This document shows, piece after piece, positions 1-10,900 of a stretch of 32,275 nucleotides of DNA. This stretch comes from Jimgerdemannia flammicorona (lineage: Eukaryota): positions 1-32,275 of the forward strand of contig RBNJ01000358.1 of NCBI GenBank assembly GCA_003990765.1, in the 5' to 3' direction. Position numbers and translations under genes: made by a program. Numbering within the stretch: the first letter of the stretch is position 1; each line of letters begins with the position of its first letter. The notes beneath the pieces are model-generated. The model made no database searches, was not told the origin of the DNA, and was given only the letters and a program-made list of their open reading frames with translations.

Positions 1-1164
1 TTTTTTAATGGACTCATGTCCCACAGATTTTTATTGGAAGGGAACCTAGACTATATAGGCCAAAACCCTCTCCCACCACCTACCAAGTACTGCTCCCCCA
101 TTAACCTAGACTAGCTATTGTCCAGTGGCTCAACTATGCCAGACACAGCAGGACCTATGTTGGCCTGCACCTCATTCTGCACACCATGCTCTCCCTACTA
201 TCAGGGGAAACCCAATCATATGCCAACAACTGAAAGCACACACCTGAGAACCCAACATATGTACAAGGCCATGCCCAAGCCAAATAGAATAGCCCCCATC
301 ACCCCAAAGAGAATGACAGGTAAAGAAAAACCCTCATCAAAGCACAACATGATGGATAGGACCTGGTTCTCCCAGTTGAGGTAAGTAAAGAACTTACATA
401 TGAGGCAGGAGGAAACCCCCAATACCCCACTACTCAAGCCTGTAGGCCTTGATCACATTGTCATGTCAGCTCCCGGTTCCAGTTGAGTGCAGCCAAGATG
501 TCTGAAATAGGTAGCCTTGGGCCCTCCAACCCCTCCTGACAACTGAGGCCCAACCCTGCTGACCACCAAAAGAAGCCGAGAGTGACACCTACTATCTAAC
601 TATATCACACCAATCAAAAGGCCCCACCGAAGCAGCACCTGTCCCAGCCCGATGACTGCCCCCAGCCTGGTACTCTACTGGTTTACTATTATTGTCCTTT
701 CTCCTATCTGTGATGGCCATCTCTCCTCCCATCCTGACAATACCCAAAAAACAGTCATCTACACTAGAACCATGCTTGCCGGGAAGCTCACCAAAGCCCG
801 AGGGCCCTACCATAGGCACCAAGGACCTGCAGGTAATCTATACTAAGCACTTGATGCCCAAGGTCAACCAACTCTCTATGTAGCCCAAGACATACTGGGA
901 CAACTCCTTGTTGGCAATGGCAAAAGGAAGAAGGTGCTGCACCAAAATAGATATACTCTAGATACAGCCAAAGGTACCAGAATTTGTGAAAAAGTAGAGG
1001 AAGTACCGATCTGACACTGATAAAGGGACAACTCATCACCATTGTCCTCCTCCCACCATACCCCTATAGATATAGCAAACCAACCTAAGGTAGAGGGGGT
1101 AATAATAGAAGAAAGGAGACTTGGAAGGTTGCCTACTAAACCTTGTGACCAGTAAGATAGCAGT
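1..1164 (-). mobile_element. Non-autonomous polyadenylated retroposon (SINE-like / LINE-dependent), copy A; its 5'-most ~15 bp lie at 7611-7625, beyond the hAT insertion
   Basis: Aligns end to end, inverted, with 30555-31726. T-run at 1-6 is the poly(A) tail; AATAAA on minus at 30-35. The 5' head CTCTTTCTCTGCTA.CTTACTGGTCACA resembles the LINE 5' ends in this window. No RT or endonuclease motifs. Confidence 0.75.
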
Positions 1165-1176
1165 CTGCTATCTTAC
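1152..1176. other. Perfect 12-bp palindrome at the hAT left junction (hairpin-type footprint)
   Basis: GTAAGATAGCAG-T-CTGCTATCTTAC. The second arm is absent from the uninterrupted copy B. Confidence 0.85.
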
Positions 1177-1259
1177 CCAAATGAGTCAATTCAAATCAAA
1201 TCCGGATTCAATTTGTCACATGATGGTTCAATCTGAATCTCAAATCCAAAGCCATCTGA

Positions 1260-1505
1260 ATCAACTCGGATTAATCCGAATCACCCCATCCAAATTGTCC
1301 CATCCGAATCACCCATCCGAACCACCCCAATCCGAATCACTCAATCCGAATCACTCAATCCGAATCACTCAATCCGAATCACTCAATCTGAATCACTCAA
1401 TCCGAATCCTCCAATTTGAATCCTCTAATTCGAATCCTCCAATTTGAATTCTCCAATCCGAATCCTCATCCGAATCCTTCAACCAAATCCTCCAATCCAA
1501 ATCCT
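1260..1505. repeat. Left subterminal tandem repeats of the hAT (14-bp units AATCCGAATCACTC, then AATCCTCCAATTTG)
   Basis: Directly visible tandem units; position typical of hAT transposase-binding arrays. Confidence 0.85.
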
Positions 1506-1543
1506 CCATATGACTTATATGCTGGATACATCCACAACACATT

Positions 1544-1608
1544 ACACACACACACATACACAACACACACACATGCACACACATGTACACGCAAACATAC
1601 AAATACAC
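1544..1608. repeat. Imperfect (CA)n microsatellite just upstream of the transposase ATG
   Basis: ACACACACACACATACACAACACACAC... Confidence 0.85.
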
Positions 1609-4180
1609 ATGTCGACAGATCAGTCTTCAACAGTTCACAGTATTGATAATGCTTCAAGTCAAACATCTCTGATAGCTCCACACCTTCCATGCAATCCTCA
1701 CTCCAAAATCTGGCAACATTGTGCTAAGATAGGAGATGATGTTGTTTGTAATTATTGTAGGTAAAAAATTAAGATACACCTATTGACTTGTTTGATACAC
1801 ACATAATATTGTTTCATCCACTCCCATAAACTGCACCAGCCAGAAGTTCAAAATGCTTGGTGGTATGACCTTGAACATAAATTGATACATAAAAGACAAG
1901 TACTCTGACAAAATCAAAAAGAATACAGAGACAAATAAAATCAACATCCAAGCTATGGTGGGTATATTTATCCGATTGCCCAACTATTTCTATACTAATA
2001 ATGCTGTTTAATCAAAAATATTTAGCTATACTCTTTGACAGAATTTCGAAATCAGCTTATTTGCTAGATTGTGTGTACAGACCAGCTATTCACAACCATC
2101 AAGAGTGATCAATTGCATAGTATCTTTGGTCTCCTCAAGTATGATTTATATTTGCCAAGTGCCAATACTATTTGTAAAGATGTCCTGGAGGCCTATAGGA
2201 AGGAGCATAACAATCTCCGCCAGATACTTCAGGTAAAATAAGGGCAGCAGTGACCTTTGCAAGCTGAATTATATAAAAGAGCTCACCAATTTAACCTTAC
2301 ATTCAATAAGCAGAATTTGGCAGGCAAAATTTCATTTACAATCGACACATGAACATTCCCCAATACAATTTCATTTCTGGGCATTACTGGTCATTGAATT
2401 GACCTCGATTGGCAGCTTAAATCTCTCACCCTTGACTTTGTCAAACTTGCTGGCCCTCATTCTGGAGACAATATTGCAGATGCTTTTATTAGTTGTATCT
2501 GGGAGCTTGAGATCACAACTAAGGTAAAAAAAGGGGGGCTTGCCATCAGGTCAGCATTTTGAGAGAAGTCCTTAAACAGAACAGATTTTGTTGGTTATTT
2601 ATTTTCACATAATTCACTAACCGAATATTTCAAGTACAGATTTTGACCATTATGACAGACAATGCTACAAACAACTCAACATTTTTCCAAGCTTTAGCGG
2701 CCAGCCTCAAACAGGAAAATGTGGCCTTTGGTACAGAAAGCTGCTGTGTGCGATACTAGGCCCACATACTGAACCTCACTGTTCAGGACTATCTTATGCA
2801 TATAGACAAAACATCCGAGAGAGGAGGGGCTCTGAGTATAATTTCCAAGCTACGCAAACTGGTTGTGTCAGTCTGATCATCCCTACAACAATGAGACAAA
2901 TTTGCTGTACAGTGTAGGGCAATCAGTTTAGCCCCAAAAGAGCTTATATTGGATGTCTGTATGCATTGGAACTCAACATTTACAATGATCCAGCATGCGC
3001 TGGAGTTTGCTGTAGTATACATCCTTTTTTTCTTCAGTCGGCTGAAGCAACTGTTTCAGATGATGGAAGATTTATTTTAAAAAATTAAAAAAAAAAAAAA
3101 GCCAATAGATTCAGCGATGGCTGCTAATAAGGAAATATGGGCCGAGGCTCTAGGTGAAAGTGAGTCAGACATACTTAGGAATGTTGTCAGAGTTTTGGAA
3201 GTAAGTGGTGGTTGCTCTGGCTCCACACTCATTTTGTCTGCCTCCACACAATGCAATACCTCACTACATATAACTGCCAGTGTTTCAATGATTGTACAAA
3301 GGATATAGTCAAACAAATGACCCCAACAATAAGCTCTGCAATACCAGTATACAACCTTCTGATTGACCAGCTAGAGGACAAGCTCGAGGACAGGCTGAAG
3401 GGTTGCAGTGATTTATGGTTAAGCCCGGATTAGAGAGATACCATGGAGGTTGCTCTAAGCAAGCTCAGAAAATACTACTCCCAAACAGATACCGTCATAT
3501 ACTCAATCAGTACAGATATGTCGATGTCAGCATGTGGCCATTGCCCCTTCCAAAACAGAGAAAACCCTGCAAAAACTCACTCTTCTTTTCTTCGAACAGT
3601 GCTGAACCCATGCTTAAAGCTACAATACCATAAGATCAGGGCTGGGAGCAGCACTTCATTGAGAGAACCAAGCAGACCATAATCGAAGTATACCGGAAAA
3701 ACTATGTACTGCCACAAGGTTCTGGCTGAAGTCCAGACAAATATGCCAAGGGTTCTCTCCTATCCCACATTTACTTCAGCAGAAAGAGGAAGAGGGAGCC
3801 ATCAGTGGAAGAGCTGCCATCAATAGATAAACTCACCATTTATCTCACCAGTGACTGCATGATCCTGCTGGAGGGCATGGAGGTGCTCAACTGGTGGAAG
3901 GTGGGTTGTTAGGTGGGCATTGTCAGGTGGGTATTGGGCTAACTTAACCCACCAATCTAACTACTGCTCTACCCACCAGAGCATGCAGCTGCATCAAACG
4001 GACTTCCCCAGTCTGTATGGTATGGCTCGGGACTATCTGGTGATTCCTGCCTCCAGTGCTCCTGTTGAGTGGGTGTTCTCAGATAGGGTGGACCTCATTG
4101 CCCCAAAGAGGTGTGTGCTGAATGCTGAGACAATCTGGGTGTATATGTATCTGAAGTCTTGGTGGGGCTTGGGCTGCTAA
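1609..4180 (+). pseudogene. hAT transposase pseudogene, about 7 introns
   Basis: BED-finger start SKIWQH..CNYC; KISFTIDT*T..GITGH*IDLDW..HSGDNIA; TDNATNN; RY*AHILNL; LDVCMHWNST; LNPCLKL; LNWWK; dimerisation domain FPSLYGMARDYLVIPASSAPVEWVFS..LKSW. Introns at ~1958-2041, 2233-2313, 2524-2639 (CACTAAC branch), ~3015-3101, 3201-3280, 3516-3599 (donor mutated), 3901-~3988. Multiple in-frame stops. Confidence 0.95.
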
Positions 4181-4332
4181 AATTCAGTGGGTCTATGGAT
4201 AAGTCAGTTGGCCTTGTGGAATATTTAATATCTTTCAAATTAATACCTTTCAAAATAATAAAAAAGGAAAAAAAAAAACCTGAGGACTCGGCCTGGAGTT
4301 TGCAGCCCAAGTGGGGCAGAGTTGGTGGTGGT

Positions 4333-4787
4333 GGCAGAGGGAGCGTGTAGTATTTGCAGCCCTCAGCCAGCAGCAAGGGGCAGCCCCAAGCTGCCAGTGC
4401 CCAGGTCAGTGGGTGGGTCGGTGGGTCGGCAGAGAGAGCGCACAAAATTTGCAGCCCTCCACCAGCAGCAAGGGGCAGCCCCAAGCTGCAAGTGTCCAGG
4501 TTGGGGGGGTAGGCGGAGGGAGTGTGCAAAATTTGTGGCCCTTTACCAGTAGTGAGGGGCAGCTCCAAGCTGTCAGTGCCCAGGTCAGTGGACAGGGTCA
4601 GTTGGCAGGTTGGCAGGTGCAGAGTTGGCGGAGGGAGTGTGCAAAATTTGCAGCCCTCCACCGGCAGCAAGAGGCAGCCCCAAGCTGTAAGTGTCCAGGA
4701 CAGGTAGGGCAGGCAGAGGGAGCATGCAAAATTTGCAGACCTCTACCAGCGACATAAGGGCAGCCCCAAGCTGCCAAGGAGTCCAGG
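4333..4787. repeat. Five ~73-bp direct repeats with G-rich spacers, inside the hAT
   Basis: Units 4333-4405, 4428-4500, 4512-4584, 4627-4699, 4712-4787; consensus ~GGCAGAGGGAGCGTGCAAAATTTGCAGCCCTCCACCAGCAGCAAGGGGCAGCCCCAAGCTGCAAGTGTCCAGG; spacers 22, 11, 42, 12 bp. Confidence 0.9.
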
Positions 4788-4970
4788 GCAGAGGGTGCTT
4801 CTGGTGGTCAGAGGGTGTTTCCGGTGGTCAAAGTCACCAGTTCGGGTCCCACGGGTACCCCAGCCCTGTGCCATAGTACCATACCAGCGGTACTATAGAG
4901 CAGAGATGAGGGGCCGGTAGGGCCCTGCATAATGGCTAAGCTAGTGCTACATAAGAGGCACCTGGCCCAC

Positions 4971-5071
4971 ATAAGACTGCCCAACCCACACAAAATGGCT
5001 GCCTAACCTGTACAAAATGGCTGCCTAACCCTTATGAAAGATTGCCTAACCCTCACAAAAACTGCTCCACC
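4971..5071. repeat. ~21-22-bp tandem repeat (CAAAATGGCTGCCTAACC..) x4-5
   Basis: Directly visible, immediately 3' of the cargo gene stop. Confidence 0.8.
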
Positions 5072-5073
5072 TG

Positions 5074-7123
5074 CTAGTCCCAGGCCTTGATGAGCCTATC
5101 ATCCATTGTGAGTGCGACAACTGTTATGTCCGAGCTCTCCTCGAAGGCGATGGTGCCATTGTAGTCATGTGGTTAGAATAGGATAGCCATGTTGGCCACA
5201 AATGGGACCCCGAAACCATAGGTAAGGTCATACCAGACTTTGCTGCTGTCCTCCCAGGTTGGGCTCTTCCTTTCTGGGATATAAAACATTATCAGGGTGA
5301 TATTGTTGTCTGTGTGTGTGGGCAGAGAAAGGTTGTGCCCGACGTATCCTGATGTGACACGAGTGTATGGTTGGGTGAACCCTTGGCCCAGGACCTCATA
5401 CTACCAGGCTGTGCTGGTGGACACCTGCCCTTGGTCCAGCCCCAGGAGTCCCGGCTTGGAAACCTGCCGAAATGGACAGTAACCAGTTAGTTCTTTTTGT
5501 GTGCGGGGGGGCAGAAACCCCCCAGGCTGCAGCACCCTGAAAAAGCAGAGCTCCTCACCTCATATGGGACACTAAATTGGGCCAAGAATATACATACAGC
5601 TGCACTGAGATCACCACCAAGCTGGCCTGCCATATACTCTACCAATCTGCTCAAAGAACCCCAGATTATAGCTGCCATTGCCACATAGGCCGTGTCATGC
5701 TCGCACGCAGTTTGCTCTTTGATGGCACTTCTAAAGTTCTGATAGGGGTACAGAATCTTGTACATCCCTGGAATTGTATCAAAAAGGGTATGTTGGCAAA
5801 CAGTGTAATTTATCTGGGGAGGGGTTAAAAAAAAAAAGGGAGACGAGTGCGGGGGATTTCGGAACTCTGAAACCCGTGTTGCAGTATACCCAATTCCCAT
5901 CCAAAACCCCCCTCCTTGCTTTTTTTGCCCCCTCTTTCCTGCCACCCAGTATTTGATGCAATCCTCACAAATCTTGTTGATGTGGTAGCAAAGCTCGTCA
6001 CCATAGAGGTTCCTTACCACCATCATAACTACCTCTCTGTATTTATTAATAAAGATATGGTTCTCTTCATCGTTGATTACTCCTGCTGGCCAATAGATCT
6101 CTTGGTTAAGTACAATTGGCTCTGATTCAAATGTAGACCCCCAATCCTTAATGATGATGCTAGTACTGCTCATGCTGAACATCTTGCCCTTAAATTTCTC
6201 TATTTGATCAGACACCGGACATGGTTGAACTTAGGTAACTTTGAACTCTCCTTTCCAATAGAACTGAGCCCTGATCTGAGGGACCAAGATAAGTATGTGG
6301 ATGGGTTGTGTGCAGACAGGTTACATGCGGGTGGGTTGTATATGAGCAGGTTGCATGTGGGCGGGTTGCATGTGGGTGGGTTGCGGGTGGGTTGCATGTG
6401 GGCAGGTTGCATGTGGGTGGGTTGCATGCGGACAGGTTGCATGTGGGCGGATTGCGTGTGGGTGGATTGCATGGAGGCAGGTTGCATGCGGGTGGGTTGC
6501 ATGTGGGTGTGGGTGTTTTTTAGGGGGAGACCACATAAAATTGAAATTAAATAAAATATGAAGATGGGTATTTCAGAAAAAGAGCATGAGTGAGTGAGTG
6601 AGTGAGCTGTATGCCGATGAGTTGTACACTGATGAGTTGCACACCAACGAGTTGCATGAGTTGCATAAGATTGCTCATAAAGGCTTGCTTCTATTCCTTT
6701 TGAGACCTCCACCATGTGATGTATTGACTCAATAGCTCAGCCACCAAAGGCATGCTCTGCAATATCTGCCAGCCTTTCTTCATCTTAACCAGATATTGCG
6801 AATAAAGTCAGCAGATCTTGCTATAGAGCTGTGGATCCTAAGAAAAGTATGAGGTGAATTGGGTCATGCTGGGGAAGTTTAAATAAATACAAGTAAACAA
6901 GTGGTGGCTGAGTGAGCAACCTATATCTACTATTGACTGCTCCAAAAAGGCTGCCACATACATAGCTGTGAGGTCTGTGAATTCTGAGGTCTGAAGGGCC
7001 ACTGTGAGTTATTGCTGGAATTCTCCCTCATTCTCGCCATTGCTATCACTATCACCACCACAACCACCATTGCCCCTTTGGCTCTCGATGAGCAGCTTGT
7101 GTGCTGTCCATATGAGAAAGAAT
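5074..7123 (-). pseudogene. Multi-exon cargo pseudogene of unknown function inside the hAT, convergent with the transposase
   Basis: The ORF at 5487-6215 resolves into exons joined by phase-compatible GT-AG introns: 6838-6920, 5814-5945 and 5464-5558 (AACTAAC branch), plus less certain ones at ~6276-6640 and ~5274-5347. Spliced product includes IRAQFYWKGEFKVT*VQPCPVSDQIEKFKGK...CEDCIKYW|INYTVCQHTLF...FSVPYE|VSKPG...; last exon RKSPTWEDSSKVWYDLTYGFGVPF...LIKAWD*. Start exon not located. Confidence 0.65.
6300..6510. repeat. 15-bp minisatellite (GTGGGYGGGTTGCAT)n, probably intronic in the cargo gene
   Basis: Visible tandem units; related units at ~6614-6670. Confidence 0.85.
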
Positions 7124-7410
7124 CTAACATTGTCAGCAGAGAGTGCATTTCCACCTCGAATACTCCCTCTTTTGATGATCATTGCAGGGTGAAAAATGAG
7201 TAGACTGGACCAACATATGAATTAAGGGCTGTTGTTTTGTTTGCTCGTGATGCAGCAGGAAAGAACAAAGAAAAAGAATAAAGAAAAAGAACAAAGAAAA
7301 GAACAAAAGAAGAAAGGGAGCAAAAGGAAAGGGTGATGTCACCAAAGTGCAGCAAGAAAAAAAAAACAAGAGTGAAATGAACAAAAGAAAGGGTGATGTT
7401 ACCAAAGATT

Positions 7411-7610
7411 TCAATCCAGATGGATCAATCCAGATAGACCAATCCAGATGGACCAATCTGGATGGACCAATCCGGATGGACCAATCTGGATCAATCCAGA
7501 TGGATCAATCCAGATCAGATCATGAGACCAATCCAAGTTGATTCAAATCCATCACATGACGAATCTGAATCGAATCTCATCTGGATCAACTCCATCTGTT
7601 TAGAGCACTA
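7411..7610. repeat. Right subterminal repeats (14-bp AATCCAGATGGACC units) and right TIR of the hAT
   Basis: Tandem units 7411-7520; reverse complement of 7550-7600 aligns with 1177-1226. Confidence 0.85.
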
Positions 7611-7773
7611 GTAGCAGAGAAAGAGGCACTGTGTGTGAATCATCTTTGGGGTATTCCTGTTTTCCATTATCTCTCTAGCTATTACTAATTGCCAGAATAT
7701 CCACTTTATTGCTTTCAATTTTTGGGCTTTCATACAATCAACCTTCAGGTGATATGTCTGATAAATTAAGGTG

Positions 7774-7798
7774 CCCTAACCCTAACTCTAACCCTTAA
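7774..7798 (+). repeat. Short degenerate telomere-like (CCCTAA)4 tract
   Basis: CCCTAA CCCTAA CTCTAA CCCTTAA. Confidence 0.6.
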
Positions 7799-7969
7799 AT
7801 GATCACCAGTTTATTAGAATAGTTTGAAATAAAGGTTAGTAACTCCTACTAACTCTTTTTTTTTTTTTTATAGTCACTTAGACTCTGTCTTTATTACTAG
7901 TCTAAGAATAAATATACATCATTCCAACCTACTATCCAATCCCCACAGGGGGGCCCCTCTCTACTTCCT

Positions 7970-10900
7970 TACGAACGAAAATCACCCTTTCACCAACTAT
8001 CCCAACTCTCCCCCCACTTTGCACACAGATTTTCTCCACCAAGCAGTACCTCTGACCACCCCATATCCCCCAACCCAGCCATCAGCCTGTTAGGGTGTCT
8101 TCCATAAGCCTATGCCATCACAGCAGCCGGTCTCCCAAGCTCTGTCTCCTCCCATTCTCAAAAACATATAGCCAATGACTGGCCAGCCCCACCCAAATAG
8201 CCAAAGCCTAATCTAAAGTAAGCCACTCCTTCCCTATCCCCCCTACCAATCTATCCCTCAAGTTCTCCCACCACTCCCGTACTTCATCATCCCTACCCGG
8301 CACCCCCAAGTGATCCCCAATTGTCTGCCAAAAATCTCCCAACACCTCACACTCTCTTAGCCAATGTTCTGGTATCTGTACATAACCCCCCTTCTGCTCT
8401 ACATTATGGCACTCCTCACAGTCAAAGCAACCCCCTACAACAAGATGCCCTGAGTGAAAGTTGAGCATAATGTTCCTCTACAGCATATACCACCAGACCA
8501 CCCAGTACTTTGGCAGTAGCTATGTTCTCACTACAGCACTCCAGGTCCAAACACCATGTCAGTTCCACTCTTCGCCAATTCTAACTCCTTGTCAACTGCT
8601 AGGCCACAGATCCTGGCCTGGTCCCCTTTGGCATTCCATTCTATCACCAATATTGAACTCAACTAAAGGAGCGCCACCCAGCAGTATATGATCCCATCTC
8701 CACATTGCCAGGCCCCAATCCTCCTTACCTTCATTCCCCTGCCAATGAATACCAATGCGGTGCACTCCTTCTGCAATCCCCCACCAAAATCCTTTATAAT
8801 GCAGTTGGGCAGTGTTCTGAAGCCCAACCAAGGAGAGAAGATCACCAGTTGAGCCCCTTGGTGATGTCCACCTCTCCCATACCTTCTGTAACAGAGGAAC
8901 CCATCCACCTCCACCGCCCTCTTCAGTCACCATGCTCACAAGCAGTGTAACTGTTTTGGGAAGTCAACCAGCCCAAGACCGCCTCTTGCCACTGGTAGGG
9001 ACAAGGTCTCCCAACTAATCTGACTCTGCCTGCCAGCCCAAATCCATCCCTTTGCCAACTTCATCAATCACTTCACTACTCAGGCTGGGAAGTTCAGATG
9101 ATATGCCAGATACCACAACTTTGGCAGCCAGTAGACATTCAAAATTGAGACCCGCCCTGCCAGAGAAAAATGTCTTCTCCCCCAACTCTGCAGAGCCTCT
9201 TCCCAGATTCCAATTCTCTGCTCCCACCAAAGTCTGGGCAGAACTGACCCATAGACTGACAAGTAGATACCTAAGTACTGCACTGCTTCACCGGTGGGGA
9301 CGATTGTTCCTATAACTTCCCCTCCCACCAGGCTGTTACCAAGCACCATTGTCTCACACTTATGCCAATTCAGCTTAGCTCCAGAGTGCTCCTCATACTA
9401 CTCCACAGTCCTCTTGAGCTTCTCAACATCAGCAATTGAACCCAAACCCACCACCATGTCATCAGCAAAGGCCCAACCTTCCAACCTATGCCAAAGACAG
9501 AGAGCCCCACTATTCTCTGCCTAATTCAGTCCATAAGTGGTTCCAGGGAAAGAGCATACAAAATGGGGGACAATGGATCCCCCTGGGGCACCCCCCTACC
9601 CAAGAGAAATGCTACCCCTCTATGGCCATTACATGTGAGTGCGGCCCTACTCCCTTCCAGTAGGCTGACCATTGTTGACTAGAATCGAGGCAGAATCCCC
9701 ATTCTATCCAAAACTTTCTCCAGCCAGACTCTTTGCATCTGGTCATATGCCTTCTCCTGGTCCAAGAAGACCAGATGCCCATCCAGTCTACAGGCCCTTG
9801 CCTCTTCAATAATGCCATACACCCAGGCAGTACCATCCCTGATGAGCTGACCACTCACAAATCCCCTCTGCTCAATACCCACGACTTGCTGGGCCACCTT
9901 CTGTAGTCTTGCCACCACCACCTTAGTTACCAACTTTCTGTCCATATCTAGCAACATTATTGGCCACCAGTTCTTCCAATCCTCCCACCTTCCTTTGTTT
10001 TTGTAAAGCAGTATCACCAGCCCAAGGTCCTGCTCCCCCACCCACCTCTCTGTCTGTAGAATAAGGTCACACAATGCTGTCATCTCTCCCATCACCCCTG
10101 GGACTCCAACCATTTGCTTCCAAAAGTCCCAGGGCAGACCATCCTCCCCAGGTACCATACCAGGCATTGTTGCGGCAAGAACCTGGTGGATCTCATCCTC
10201 CTGTACAGGCATCACCAGGTCCCTTAGCCCTTTGACTTGTGGTGGGTGCCAATCCTCCAATATTCGTTCAATTGTAGTGGCATCTGCCCCACCCTCCTTG
10301 TCACTCCACAATCCACTCTATCTCTCCTTCAGCGATCCAAGAATACCCTATATACCATGCACCAGTACACCATCAGAGTCCAATACCCCTTCCCACCGTT
10401 GCTGGACCCACCTCATCCTAAGGGCCCTTGTAAGAAGCTTGGAAGGCCTTTCTTCTTCCTCCAGATTCTGCCAGCAAAGACGTGCTGCCAAGCTCTGTAC
10501 CCTTGCCTCTTTCTCCTCCCGCAGCACCTGTTGAAGTTCCCCAACCTCTATTTTTGCCCTCATTAATCTCCAATCATCTTCTCCCTCCAACATCGTCAGC
10601 CTTGCCCACTCCTCCAGGAGCCTCATCAATCTGGCGGAGGCCCAATGCACTCTTTGTTTTTGCTGCTTCCCTGCCTCCTTGCCAGTCTCCCTCCAGTAAA
10701 TCCTGGCCATTTCCTTCATCCTCATCCACCGAGTCCCAACTGAGGCCCCTTTCTGCCTCCAGTTCTCCACTCTCAGTTGAATGTCTTTAGCCTACTCATC
10801 CCACTGGGTCTTGTCATCTAACAAAGAGAAATTGAGGCACCAATGTCCAGGCCCATCCCCACTTCCCCCAAAGCACCCCTGTCTTAAAAGCCCCCAGTGA

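Larger units (their letters stand above)
1177..7610 (+). mobile_element. hAT-superfamily DNA transposon (~6.4 kb), left TIR lost
   Basis: hAT transposase inside; ATCCG/CGGAT-core subterminal repeats at both ends; right end ...CTGTTTAGAGCACTA (TAGTGCTCTAAAC on minus). 8-bp TSD: GTAGCAGA at 7611-7618 vs ATAGCAGT at 1157-1164; copy B shows the empty site GTAAG-GTAGCAGA-GAAAG. Confidence 0.9.

Noticed and set aside
1121..1690. ORF-track proteins over the subterminal and CA repeats (also 4095-4757 and 6204-6561)
   Set aside because: Translations of tandem repeats, open in several frames, with no domain content.
4333..4787. CRISPR-like repeat/spacer appearance
   Set aside because: Repeats are 73 bp and degenerate; spacers are unequal, low-complexity and mutually related; no cas genes; eukaryotic transposon context.
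4843..4896. ...GGGTACCCCAGCCCTG resembling a nested hAT/MITE end, with an adjacent 8-bp hairpin
   Set aside because: No partner TIR or TSD found; the similar CAGGGCTGGG near 3637 lies in transposase coding sequence.
6614..6670. CTGATGAG followed by a short stem, hammerhead-like
   Set aside because: GAGT replaces the required GAAA, stems I and III are not evident, and the motif is part of a 15-bp tandem repeat.
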